Shown here: in pieces, positions 1-9,143 of the stretch
Numbering within the stretch: the stretch's first letter is position 1
Layout of the letters: the number at the start of each line of letters is the position of its first letter
Assembly: GCA_963778115.1 (NCBI GenBank)
Contig: CAVZSV010000004.1
Location: 320,001 to 384,000, forward strand
Length of the DNA stretch: 64,000 nt
Reading direction: 5' to 3'
Source of the DNA: an uncultured delta proteobacterium
GTDB lineage: Bacteria > Bdellovibrionota > FAC87 > UBA2466
Notes under the pieces: generated by a model
Told to the model about the DNA's origin: nothing
The model's input: only the letters and a program-made list of their open reading frames with translations
Databases searched by the model: none
Translations under genes and position numbers: made by a program

Positions 1-278
1 CGAGCCTTGGGTAGAAACGCATTGTTGGTGGTAGCGGTAATGACCTGGGTAGGCGCTGATACCGTAGTAGACGTAGAATCACTGGCAGCCCCAGTAGATC
101 CTCCGCCACCTAGCCCCGGAGGTAACGTAACATTATTTAAATTTTCCGCTTGTGGGTAACCAGGAACCGGATTGGTGGTGATGGAATTTGCCGCTTTAAT
201 GGCGGCAACTTTCTTGGTGCAACCGACAGCGATAACGACGGCGGCAAAGATAACGAATCCAAACTTAAGCAAACGCAT
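1..278 (-). CDS. Lipoprotein, N-terminal part (runs off the window start); not in the ORF track
   Basis: Manual translation from ATG at 278: MRLLKFGFVIFAAVVIAVGCTKKVAAIKAANSITTNPVPGYPQAENLNNVTLPPGLGGGGSTGAASDSTSTTVSAPT..., open to base 1. Lipobox IAVGC; G-rich SD-like sequence upstream. Confidence 0.75.
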   Translation of the reverse strand, partial: MRLLKFGFVIFAAVVIAVGCTKKVAAIKAANSITTNPVPGYPQAENLNNVTLPPGLGGGGSTGAASDSTSTTVSAPTQVITATTNNAFLPKA

Positions 279-335
279 GACTGCATCCCCCCTAAAGTCC
301 GAACTGTTTGGGCAGCTCAGACAATAGATGGGAGA

Positions 336-351
336 TGCAATCAAACTACCA
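336..351 (-). promoter_or_regulatory. Candidate sigma54 (-24/-12) promoter of the lipoprotein gene
   Basis: Minus strand TGGTAGTTTGATTGCA; GG-N10-GC spacing; about 58 bp upstream of the ATG. Confidence 0.55.
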
Positions 352-456
352 ATTTTTTTGTGCGTAACTTTCGCAAAGTAACCACTCTAGAGACGTTTTC
401 TGTCACCGTCGTAACAAAGTTCGGCAGGGAACTTAACCAGAGATCCATAGAACTTA

Positions 457-585
457 CTAACGATCGTGATTTAAAAGAGGCGGATCGCGATATTCGTCGT
501 TAGCAGTATTTCGATGGTTGCCCGTTGAAGCACATGACACAACGAGCAAGGCAGCAAGCAAAAGCATGATGTTGAGCACTCTCAT
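457..585 (-). CDS. Small lipoprotein (42 aa), below the ORF-track cutoff
   Basis: MRVLNIMLLLAALLVVSCASTGNHRNTANDEYRDPPLLNHDR*; GGGAGG SD 6 nt before ATG; hydrophobic signal plus VVSC lipobox. Confidence 0.7.
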   Translation of the reverse strand: MRVLNIMLLLAALLVVSCASTGNHRNTANDEYRDPPLLNHDR

Positions 586-804
586 ACTTAACCTCCCAAC
601 ACGATAGTTAACTTATATTAACTATTTTAGAACAGCAAATTTTTCCTTTCAACACCGGGTGCGGCGTAAAAAATATACCTAGTGAAGGTTTTTTGCCGAG
701 TAAGAATGACTCCCGTCACAAAACGAAAAACGAGCACGTCTTATAGATGAGAGCGGGTAGTAGGCAGACGGCAGACATAAAAGAATTAACATCGAGGAGA
801 AAAA

Positions 805-1035
805 ATGCCTTTGGAGCTTCTTCTAAAACAGAGCTACCCCCTACTGATTTTATTAGGAGCTTTGTTTGCAGCCGTTTGCGTTAACGCACCGCTTCCAAAA
901 CCCCCTGTAACCCCACGCTCCCTCCATGCTCACTCCCATTCTTATTCGCAGGTCTTTCGTATTTCCGATACTGACCGGCAAATGAGGATGGGAGTGAGCG
1001 GGACAAAACATTTAACAGACCGAAAATACATTTAA
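805..1035 (+). CDS. Small hypothetical membrane protein
   Basis: GAGGAG SD before ATG; one N-terminal hydrophobic segment; fills an intergenic gap. Confidence 0.45.
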   Translation: MPLELLLKQSYPLLILLGALFAAVCVNAPLPKPPVTPRSLHAHSHSYSQVFRISDTDRQMRMGVSGTKHLTDRKYI

Positions 1036-1066
1036 GAAATCGATCGAAAAATGATATGGGCAATCA

Positions 1067-1261
1067 ATGGAAAGCGACAACACCGGTTCCCCTAGCGAAA
1101 ACACTCCGGTCGAACTCGTTGAGAATGAAGATTACTATACGGATGGTGAAGGACTCATGATCTTCACTTCAAAATTTCTACTCGCCCGAGGTTTCTGTTG
1201 CCACCAAGGATGTCGAAACTGTCCCTACCCGCCTCAAGAAATTCCACAATCAGAAAAGTAA
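1067..1261 (+). CDS. DUF5522-like small Cys-rich protein
   Basis: EDYY..G..IFT..FLLARGFCCHQGCRNCPY motif. Confidence 0.8.
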   Translation: MESDNTGSPSENTPVELVENEDYYTDGEGLMIFTSKFLLARGFCCHQGCRNCPYPPQEIPQSEK

Positions 1262-1267
1262 TGTTCG

Positions 1268-1726
1268 CTAAGCGGCTTTCGACTTAACTTCCTCTTTCGC
1301 TTCGACAAAACGCCTCGCCAGAAGCTCTTGCTGCTCCATACTCACAGAGCGTCTGAGTTCCTCGAACATTTCATCTTCCTCCTCAGTCACGTGATCACGG
1401 ACCGTCTCTATGAGATTCAAAAGAGAATCATTCCATGCCGAATCCAAAGACGACAAATTATCCATCTCGCCTAAGAGAGTTTCGATGAGGTCATGGTCTC
1501 GTTCATAAATTTCGCAGAGCTCATGGGTAGCTTCGGAGTTGCGCAGTTCGGGATAAACCACTTGTATCTCCCCATGAGCATGGAGCCTCAACTCATGGCG
1601 GATTTTCAAATAGAGTTGCCGAATACTCCTCTCGTCGTCCGCTTCTTCAATGCGCTCAAACAGATCCGCCAAATATTCGTGGTCTCGACGCAAAAGGGTC
1701 AGAATAGTTTCCTTTGCCATAGTCAT
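1268..1726 (-). CDS. Hemerythrin/HHE cation-binding domain protein
   Basis: L..DH, ELRLHAHGE..VYP, DH, HVTEEEDEMF motifs; GGAGGA SD. Confidence 0.85.
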   Translation of the reverse strand: MTMAKETILTLLRRDHEYLADLFERIEEADDERSIRQLYLKIRHELRLHAHGEIQVVYPELRNSEATHELCEIYERDHDLIETLLGEMDNLSSLDSAWNDSLLNLIETVRDHVTEEEDEMFEELRRSVSMEQQELLARRFVEAKEEVKSKAA

Positions 1727-1840
1727 TCCTCCTTATGATGCCAAATCCCTCAATTGCCCTGCTTAACTGCACGCCCCGTCGCACTTTGCATTACAACGAC
1801 GCACCAGAACAAGAGCGAGCCTTCTTTATTAAGAAAGCTC

Positions 1841-1855
1841 GCAATCGACATGCCA
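1841..1855 (-). promoter_or_regulatory. Candidate sigma54 promoter of the hemerythrin gene
   Basis: Minus strand TTGGCATGTCGATTGC; near-consensus TGGCA-N6-TTGC with GG-N10-GC spacing. Confidence 0.7.
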
Positions 1856-1870
1856 AATTATTGCGATTAG

Positions 1871-2539
1871 TTAAGGACGAGCTCGTACTTCGTAGGAGCG
1901 CTTAATCCGCTCAAACTGGCGTTTCCAAAGAGGCTCCTGAGAAAAGCATTGTTCTCTTCGATCCGCCAAGACTTTGGAATCGCCAAGATAGGCTTCATTC
2001 CAAAGGTCTTCGAACATGTGCTGTGTCGCCCCCATTGCCAACGAAGGAAAGGCACCGTCATCCACTTCGCCGTAGCCGACAATTAACAGTCGATTCCACA
2101 GCTGCTTTAGGTTTTTCGTATAGGTGGATTCCAGAAACTTCCCTTGAAGTCCCGCCGCCGCCTTGAGCTGCTTGGTAGATAACGGCGAGGTCTCTTCCAA
2201 AGCACCCAGGAGTTGAATAGCTTCCTTACCGAGTGCAACGGGAAGGGGCGCCTCCAAATTGAGTCCGCGTACGAAAGCCGCAAAAACCGGTTTTGAGAAA
2301 AACGTGGCCCTTCCTTGATACCACTTAACGTAGACTACCTTTCCCGAACGGGAGAGCTCTTCTCGTAAATGCCATAGATCGGCGACTCGCGAGTCACCCT
2401 CGTCATCCCACTCCCATCGCATTTTAGTCTTGGGAAAGAAGTGTCGCCAGAGAGAGAGAGGAGCTTTTTCGTTAGCCTTGGGAAATACCAGGCAGATACC
2501 CAAACGGTTGATGGCCGAGATCGCGGAACGAACATTCAT
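1871..2539 (-). CDS. AlkZ-related winged-helix protein
   Basis: G.CL.FP..PLSLW, LWHLREEL...VYVKWYQGRATF and a C-terminal wHTH-like PLSTKQLKAAAG segment. Confidence 0.55.
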   Translation of the reverse strand: MNVRSAISAINRLGICLVFPKANEKAPLSLWRHFFPKTKMRWEWDDEGDSRVADLWHLREELSRSGKVVYVKWYQGRATFFSKPVFAAFVRGLNLEAPLPVALGKEAIQLLGALEETSPLSTKQLKAAAGLQGKFLESTYTKNLKQLWNRLLIVGYGEVDDGAFPSLAMGATQHMFEDLWNEAYLGDSKVLADRREQCFSQEPLWKRQFERIKRSYEVRARP

Positions 2540-2651
2540 ATCGCCTTTTTACCATAGGAGCCGCCTGGGATCATGCCGGGAGCACAACCTGATTTCGTAT
2601 TTGATCCGAAGCGCCGATGGCGTTATATAGGTCTGCATCCCAGGGCAGGCC

Positions 2652-5087
2652 ATGCAATTGCTGGGATTTCACTCGTTGTGGAAGCGGTTGGTGGGGGCAG
2701 AGGTAGCAGACAAAGGATGGAGCATGCCTGGCTCAGCGGAACAACCCAGGGTCGACATTTCAAAGCAAAATAAGAATCCCTTTATCCTTTCCAGAGCGGA
2801 AGAAACTAAAGGGCACGCTGATTCAACGAATCCTCTTATAAACCAGCAGCCCCTCCTAAATATTTTCACAGAAACGATGCCCCAGTTGGTATGGAGTACC
2901 AACGCAAACGGTGTTTGCGATTACGTCAATGAAAAGCTCACCTCCTTTATTGGCAAAGGGACCGATCTTTCGAGTGAAAACTCCTGGATGGAACATATCC
3001 ATCCCCAAGATCAAGCGCCCATGCTGGAAGCCTGGCACCGATCGATCAGCGAAGACAAAGTTTTTGAAACCGAATATCGACTGCGAAGAAGCGACGGGGA
3101 ATATATCTGGCATCTAGTCCGCGCCTTCCCGGTTAAAAATGCCCAAAACCAAACCGTCCGGTGGGTCGGAACTTGTACGGATATCGACAAACACAAACGA
3201 ACGGAAGTCGCACTTCGTGAACTAGAGGTTCAGCTTAGAAGCGGAGAAGAGAGGTTTGTTCTTGCCGAAACCGCCTCCCGCACGGGCATTTGGGATTGGG
3301 ATCTCGTCAAAGACAATGTCTATTACAGCCCTCGGTACAAATCACTGCTTGGATTTTCGGAGGAGGAATTTCCTAATTCGGTGAAAGCCTTTACCCCACG
3401 TCTCCATCCCGAGGATAGAGATACCACTTGGACTGCTATAGCCGCGGCACTGCGGGGTGACTCGCCTAATTACGAAGCTCAATTCCGCTTGCGTCATAAA
3501 GACGGTAGCTATCGATGGATCTTATCTCGAGGTTTTGTATTCCGAGACGGTAATGGAACGGCTGTTCGAATGTCAGGCGTTCATTTAGATATTACCGACT
3601 ATAAGACCACCGCGTTGGCCTTGGAAGCCACCGAAAGAGAACTTCGAAGGGTGATGGCCTCCATTTCAGATTATCTATGGAGTGCCGAGATCAACGAAGC
3701 GGGTGAGTTCAAATACCTCTTTTACTCTCCCGCAGTGAAGCGGATTACCGGACGTCCCGAAGAGTATTACTACCCGGGACCCGATCGCTGGCTACAAACG
3801 GTGCATCCCGACGATCGGGCATGGTTATTAGACGATTTTCAAAAGCTGCGAAGTGGGGAAATTTCCCACTTAGAGCGAGAATACCGTATCCTCTGGCCGG
3901 ACGGTTCTATCCATTGGGTTCGTGACAGTGCTCTTACTACAAGAAACGGAAATACGATTCGAATCGATGGGGTGGTTAGCGAAATTACCGAACGTAAGAC
4001 GGCTAACGATCGTTTGAACCAATGGGAAAAGATCTTTAACCATGCCGGCTGGGGGGTGGCCATCACTTCCGCGGTTTCCAATATTGTTCAAGCCGTAAAT
4101 CCCGCTTTTGCGTTGATGCATGGCCAAGAGCTCGAAGAGCTTACCGGGAAGCGGATGGAATCGGTTCTCTCGCCCGAAAGTCGGGATACCATGCGCGAAG
4201 CTGTCTTGCGAGCCGATGACTGCGGGCATGCCTCTTTCGAAGCGGTACATGTTAAGAAGGATGGAAGCTCTTTTCCGATGCAGACCGATGTCACTGCCAT
4301 TAAAGATTCCGAGGGAAACGTGCTTTATCGAGCCAGCAACTTTCAAGACATCACTCACCTTAAGAAAACAGAAACGGAACTTAAGAGAAAAGCCGAAGAG
4401 CTCGCCCGCTCCAACGCCGAGTTGGAACAGTTCGCCTACGTCGCCTCCCATGACTTAAAAGAGCCGCTAAGAATGGTCAGTAGCTATGTTCGCTTATTAG
4501 AACGGCAATATAAGGGCAAACTATCGCCAGAAGCCGATCAGTTTATCGACTTCGCCGTCCAAGGGGCGACCCGGATGTATGCTCTTATCGGCGATCTGCT
4601 AGAGTATTCGCGTGTCGGGACTCGGGAACGGGCCCTTCGTCCCGTCGATATGAACGCGGTACTTGCCCAATCGTTGGAAAACTTAGGGCTGGCCATCAAG
4701 GAAAGTAGTGCCGTCATCGAAGCCCGGCCTCTACCGACTCTGTTGGGCGAAAATTCTCTTTTGGTTCAGCTCTTCCAAAATATCATCGGAAACAGTATTA
4801 AGTTTAGACTGGGAGCGCCGCTCATTCGTATCACCGCTAAACTCGAAGGCGATCACTGGACATTTGCTATCTCCGACAACGGCATCGGCATTCATCCCAA
4901 GTACGCCGAAAAAATTTACGTCATCTTCCAAAAACTTCATCCCAAAGACCGCTACGGCGGTACCGGCATCGGGCTTGCGATTTGCAAGAAGATTGTCGAA
5001 CGTCACCAAGGCCGGATTTGGATGGATTCGACACCCGGAAGGGGAACGACGTTTTACTTTGCTTTGCCGGTCGAACCGCAGCACTAG
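2652..5087 (+). CDS. Cytoplasmic multi-PAS/PAC sensor histidine kinase (true start may be downstream)
   Basis: Four PAS/PAC repeats (HPQD/HPED/HPDD...RRSDG.Y.W); H-box FAYVASHDLKEPL; N-box QNIIGNSIKF; G boxes DNGIGI and GTGIGLAICKKIV. Confidence 0.95.
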   Translation: MQLLGFHSLWKRLVGAEVADKGWSMPGSAEQPRVDISKQNKNPFILSRAEETKGHADSTNPLINQQPLLNIFTETMPQLVWSTNANGVCDYVNEKLTSFIGKGTDLSSENSWMEHIHPQDQAPMLEAWHRSISEDKVFETEYRLRRSDGEYIWHLVRAFPVKNAQNQTVRWVGTCTDIDKHKRTEVALRELEVQLRSGEERFVLAETASRTGIWDWDLVKDNVYYSPRYKSLLGFSEEEFPNSVKAFTPRLHPEDRDTTWTAIAAALRGDSPNYEAQFRLRHKDGSYRWILSRGFVFRDGNGTAVRMSGVHLDITDYKTTALALEATERELRRVMASISDYLWSAEINEAGEFKYLFYSPAVKRITGRPEEYYYPGPDRWLQTVHPDDRAWLLDDFQKLRSGEISHLEREYRILWPDGSIHWVRDSALTTRNGNTIRIDGVVSEITERKTANDRLNQWEKIFNHAGWGVAITSAVSNIVQAVNPAFALMHGQELEELTGKRMESVLSPESRDTMREAVLRADDCGHASFEAVHVKKDGSSFPMQTDVTAIKDSEGNVLYRASNFQDITHLKKTETELKRKAEELARSNAELEQFAYVASHDLKEPLRMVSSYVRLLERQYKGKLSPEADQFIDFAVQGATRMYALIGDLLEYSRVGTRERALRPVDMNAVLAQSLENLGLAIKESSAVIEARPLPTLLGENSLLVQLFQNIIGNSIKFRLGAPLIRITAKLEGDHWTFAISDNGIGIHPKYAEKIYVIFQKLHPKDRYGGTGIGLAICKKIVERHQGRIWMDSTPGRGTTFYFALPVEPQH

Positions 5088-5117
5088 CACAAAAAGGTAC
5101 GGCCTACCTTCTTGTAG
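5088..5117. repeat. REP-like imperfect palindrome, copy 1
   Basis: CACAAAAAGGTACGGCCTACCTTCTTGTAG between convergent stop codons; its reverse complement matches the copies at 39296 and 43961. Confidence 0.75.
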
Positions 5118-5118
5118 C

Positions 5119-6420
5119 CTATTTGGAGAAGCGGCCCGCGATGGCGCGAACGGTTGCCTGAGAAATTAATGAAGCTATCATGAGGGGAAAGATAATAGAG
5201 TGACGATCTGTCATCTCCATTACGATCACCAAAGCGGTAAACGGTGCCCGCGAAATAGCACTTAGAGCACCGGCCATCCCCACCAGAACCAGTAGATTGT
5301 GATCGTTGGGCATCACTAAGGCTGAGAATTTGGACCCAATCACCGCCCCTAAAGACAATGAAGGTGCCAAAAACCCGCCCGAGCAGCCGGAGAGCGTTGC
5401 TACGATGGGGCCAATAAATCGAGATAACACGATCTTCCAACCGGCGGGCGGGATCTCCTGGAATAGCAAATGCTCCATGAGATTGACTCCTCCTCCAATC
5501 GTCTGGGAGCCCAGTAAGAGAACCAGACCGGCCGCCAAAAGGCCTATCGAGCCAGAGAACAAAATTCGATGAGAATTCAAAAGGCCCGCGGTCTTCGAAC
5601 GAGCCACGGTTAAGATCCTTTCAAAGAGTCCGGCCGCCACCCCGCAGAGGATTCCCACCGCAATCACTGCAGGAAAGACATTGATTCCTATGGAGCCCAC
5701 CAAGGGGTATCCCAAAAAGAGATATCTCCCGAAAAGCCACTGGGAAATCATTCCCGCGATGATGACTGCTGAAATGATAACCGTTTTAAATTGGTGGAAA
5801 TGTTGCTGGGCGAGTTCTTCTAGAACGAAAACAATTCCCGCAAGCGGTGTATTAAAAGCCGCCGCAAGTCCCGCCGCCCCTCCCGCCACAATCCAAGAGC
5901 GGTGTTCGTCAGTGGGCCAAATCTTTCTAAATTGCTGCCCAATGAAATAGAAAATACAGGCCGCGATTTGCACCATGGGGCCTTCACGTCCCAGTCCCGC
6001 TCCGCCTAGAATGACAAGTAAAGAGCTTAGGATGCAGATACCAGCCACTTTCATTCCAAGCAGTTCCCGCACTTCACCTGAGGTCGAAGTGTTCTCCAGC
6101 GACAAAGCTCGTAAAACCGAGGGAATTCCGCTTCCGCCAGCGGCCGGACCCAATCGAGCGACAAGAACACTCGATAATATAAAAGCAAACGGCGCAATGC
6201 CCAAAAAGACGTACCTGTTTTCCAGGGCGACGCGTTGGCTCAAGTCGATCATGGCGTTAAAGGCGTGGGAATAAAGAACCGCGACTAGTCCCACGATGAC
6301 GGCTGCGACCCAATAGGGAACCCCGTGCAAATAAGGACGAATTTGAAGCTGAAAGCGAAGAGCCCTTTTGTAATTGGGATCTCCAAGCTTCAACCAAAGA
6401 CTTTGTAGAATGTTTGCCAT
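5119..6420 (-). CDS. ClC family chloride channel / Cl-/H+ antiporter
   Basis: GSGIP, GREGP, AAAFNTPLAGIVFVLEE and GFLAP signature motifs. Confidence 0.95.
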   Translation of the reverse strand: MANILQSLWLKLGDPNYKRALRFQLQIRPYLHGVPYWVAAVIVGLVAVLYSHAFNAMIDLSQRVALENRYVFLGIAPFAFILSSVLVARLGPAAGGSGIPSVLRALSLENTSTSGEVRELLGMKVAGICILSSLLVILGGAGLGREGPMVQIAACIFYFIGQQFRKIWPTDEHRSWIVAGGAAGLAAAFNTPLAGIVFVLEELAQQHFHQFKTVIISAVIIAGMISQWLFGRYLFLGYPLVGSIGINVFPAVIAVGILCGVAAGLFERILTVARSKTAGLLNSHRILFSGSIGLLAAGLVLLLGSQTIGGGVNLMEHLLFQEIPPAGWKIVLSRFIGPIVATLSGCSGGFLAPSLSLGAVIGSKFSALVMPNDHNLLVLVGMAGALSAISRAPFTALVIVMEMTDRHSIIFPLMIASLISQATVRAIAGRFSK

Positions 6421-6474
6421 ATACGATCGTCGAAAGATGAGAAGTTAGCTCTTATTTTTCGAAACGTAAACGAT

Positions 6475-7110
6475 TTAGGAAATCACATGCATCGACTGTA
6501 GCGCCCCCTGAATGCCATTCAAAATAAACTGCACGGCAACCGCCGTCAGAATCAAACCCATGATTCGTGTCATCAAATTCAATCCAGTACGTCCCAACAC
6601 TCTAAGTAAGGGATGTGCCGCCTTTAGCACCAGATAGCTCGCTAAGATAGCGAGCGCTAGGGAAACGACAAGTCCTACGACTTCCCAAACTGATTTGGCT
6701 TCCGTGGAATAGAGCACCACGGTCGAAATGGAGCCCGGCCCCGCAAGCAATGGGGTTCCGATAGGAAAGACAGAAACGTCTTCCCTTTCCATACTCTCTT
6801 GCCTCTCCTCGGGCTTTACTCGCATCCGAGAGCCGTTCAGCTGGGCGATTCCCAAGAGCAGCAGTAAAATACCGCCCGCTATCTGAAAGGCCGGCAGAGT
6901 AATAGAAAAGATGTGAAAGATAGAAAGACCACTCACCGCAAAAGTGGCCAAAATTCCTAGCGCCACCCAAGCGGCCTTCCTCCTCGTATGGACGATTGCC
7001 TCTTGGGGGAACCGGTCGGTCATCATCAGGTATACCGGCACCACTGCAAAAGGGTCCACGATAACAAAGATCGCCGTAAATACGGTGAGTATATGGACGA
7101 TATGAACCAT
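6475..7110 (-). CDS. MarC family membrane protein
   Basis: FVIVDPF, AFQIAGGILL, PLLAGPGSI and RIMGLIL..AVQFI motifs. Confidence 0.95.
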   Translation of the reverse strand: MVHIVHILTVFTAIFVIVDPFAVVPVYLMMTDRFPQEAIVHTRRKAAWVALGILATFAVSGLSIFHIFSITLPAFQIAGGILLLLLGIAQLNGSRMRVKPEERQESMEREDVSVFPIGTPLLAGPGSISTVVLYSTEAKSVWEVVGLVVSLALAILASYLVLKAAHPLLRVLGRTGLNLMTRIMGLILTAVAVQFILNGIQGALQSMHVIS

Positions 7111-7342
7111 TATCGGTAAAGATCCCTTCTACTTGGCTATAGTGTATCGCAAATTCTTCGTATCGCAACCCAACTATAAGCGCTCCAAAGCTGGAAATCC
7201 TCCTTAAAAATCGATATATATAGCGGTTAACGGCATCCCCGGGAGATTCCCACACTATTTTTGGTGGTTTCGGTAGCTTGTGGCGAACTCCTCAAAACGC
7301 AGTAGTTCTGGTTGTTCCGGATTTTTGCTCAAGATGAAGTGA

Positions 7343-9139
7343 ATGCGGATGAGTTTTTTTTATCATATTTTAGGGTGTGTCACCCCTTTGGCCTTAGTTA
7401 TGGCCTGTTTGCCGGTCTACGCCTCAGACTCCTACCCCCCTTTACTCCAACAGCTTTGTCCTAAACTGGCCCTCCGCGGAAAAGTAAAACTATCCTTCTC
7501 TGAGACCGAAAAGAAACTCGTTTGCGGAGATCCCAAGAGCGAATCCTGGAAAGATATTCCTCATTCACAAGCTTTTTTTAATCTGCGTACCTTTCTTCAG
7601 GACAAGGGTTACTACCTAAGTACCATTGCTTCGACCGATCCTTTCATTATCGATTTGGGGTCCCCGTCCTATTCGACAGGCGTAGTCATCAAAGAGAAGG
7701 CAAATGCAGAGCCCAGTTTTGAATTACTCACGATCATTGAAGTCGCAAGCATGCGTCGGTTGAAAGGAATTCTTTTAACCCCTTCCTTTCTGGATCAGGT
7801 AAGAGATCGTCTCTTAAACCGGATCAAATCGAAAGGCTATCCCTGCCCCGTTGTTGAGATGGCGGCAAATCCCCAAGATGGGGTGATCACAGCCACCGTA
7901 ACGCTGGGCCCTCAGCAAATCATCGACCATATTGTCGAAGATCCCATCGCGGGAGTGCGTCCCAATCTGTTGCGTCGCTACGACGCTTTCCAACCAGGAC
8001 AACTCTATGACGATGACTTACTCACACTAACCGCGAATCGAATTGTAACTTCGGGTGTCGTCCAGACTTCGCATTTGAGCGCTGCCTGCTCTCCCTCGGG
8101 TGCCGTGATAAGAGAGACCTCTGTCGCGGGCCCTCCCAGGCAGATCACTTTAGGCTTTGGATTGGACACGGAACGTATCGCCCGATTTCGCGCATCGTGG
8201 AGAAACGCTCGTTTGGGAGATGAAGCCTCTAGCCAACAGTACACGCTACTGGCAGCCCTATACCAACAAGAGATTAACGCCATTTCTACATGGTACTATC
8301 TTCCCTCGCTGCCTAGACACTTTCTCGCCTCCGAAATCTCCTTTCGCCATGAAAACGAAATCACGTATGAGAATTTAAAAGGGGATATCTATATCTCGCC
8401 GTCGTTAACGTGGGATTCTTCGACGATGGGATTTTCCACGTCATTAGGCCCCTCGTTTAGCTGGGAACATACCTTTCGTCCGGTTCAAACCATTCGCGAT
8501 GCGTACTTCTCAGCGATTAGGGCCGACTTTCGAATGACGAGCCACGGATTCGAACTCAACCAAGCCTCTCCTCAAAAAGGTTTCGACATCCACTTTCAGG
8601 GAATCTTCGCCCAACAGGGAGTCCTTTCCGATGTCGGCGCCCAACGCATCGGTGTCACGTTCCAGAAACTCTGGAATTTTAGAAATTATGACCCCTCTTT
8701 TCTGATCGTGGGACTTCGAGGCGGGGTCGGTACTACTTTTATGGGAAGCCCGTACAGCCTCGCAGCTCTTCCTCCTAGCTTAAAGCATTACTTAGGCGGC
8801 TCGGAAAACCTACGTGGTTTCGATAGGCGGGAGCTAGCAAGCGCTTCCGGCTTGGGAGGGTTAACTTCCGCGTATCTTTGCTTTGAGGTGAGATTTTCTG
8901 ATCTGCTCCCCTGGGGAATTCAGCCGATCCTTTTTCATGACGTGGGAATGCTAGGCAATGATCCGCTTACGCTAAAGGGCCCGCTCTACTCTTCGCCGGG
9001 ATTCGGAGCTCGTTGGCAGTCGCCCATCGGCGTCTTTCGAAGTACGATATCGCACGGTTTTCTCTCGGGAGATAGAAACGGAATCCCCGACTCCACCGCA
9101 CACTGGAAGTTTTACCTAAGTTACGGGGAGGAGTTCTAA
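7343..9139 (+). CDS. tamA: Omp85/TamA family outer-membrane protein
   Basis: Signal peptide, POTRA-like region, YLGGSENLRGF, GFGARWQSPIG, C-terminal YLSYGEEF; immediately upstream of a TamB-like gene. Confidence 0.85.
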   Translation: MRMSFFYHILGCVTPLALVMACLPVYASDSYPPLLQQLCPKLALRGKVKLSFSETEKKLVCGDPKSESWKDIPHSQAFFNLRTFLQDKGYYLSTIASTDPFIIDLGSPSYSTGVVIKEKANAEPSFELLTIIEVASMRRLKGILLTPSFLDQVRDRLLNRIKSKGYPCPVVEMAANPQDGVITATVTLGPQQIIDHIVEDPIAGVRPNLLRRYDAFQPGQLYDDDLLTLTANRIVTSGVVQTSHLSAACSPSGAVIRETSVAGPPRQITLGFGLDTERIARFRASWRNARLGDEASSQQYTLLAALYQQEINAISTWYYLPSLPRHFLASEISFRHENEITYENLKGDIYISPSLTWDSSTMGFSTSLGPSFSWEHTFRPVQTIRDAYFSAIRADFRMTSHGFELNQASPQKGFDIHFQGIFAQQGVLSDVGAQRIGVTFQKLWNFRNYDPSFLIVGLRGGVGTTFMGSPYSLAALPPSLKHYLGGSENLRGFDRRELASASGLGGLTSAYLCFEVRFSDLLPWGIQPILFHDVGMLGNDPLTLKGPLYSSPGFGARWQSPIGVFRSTISHGFLSGDRNGIPDSTAHWKFYLSYGEEF

Positions 9140-9143
9140 ACGT

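Noticed and set aside
150..503. 117-aa plus-strand ORF from the track
   Set aside because: Antisense shadow of two better-supported minus-strand lipoprotein genes.
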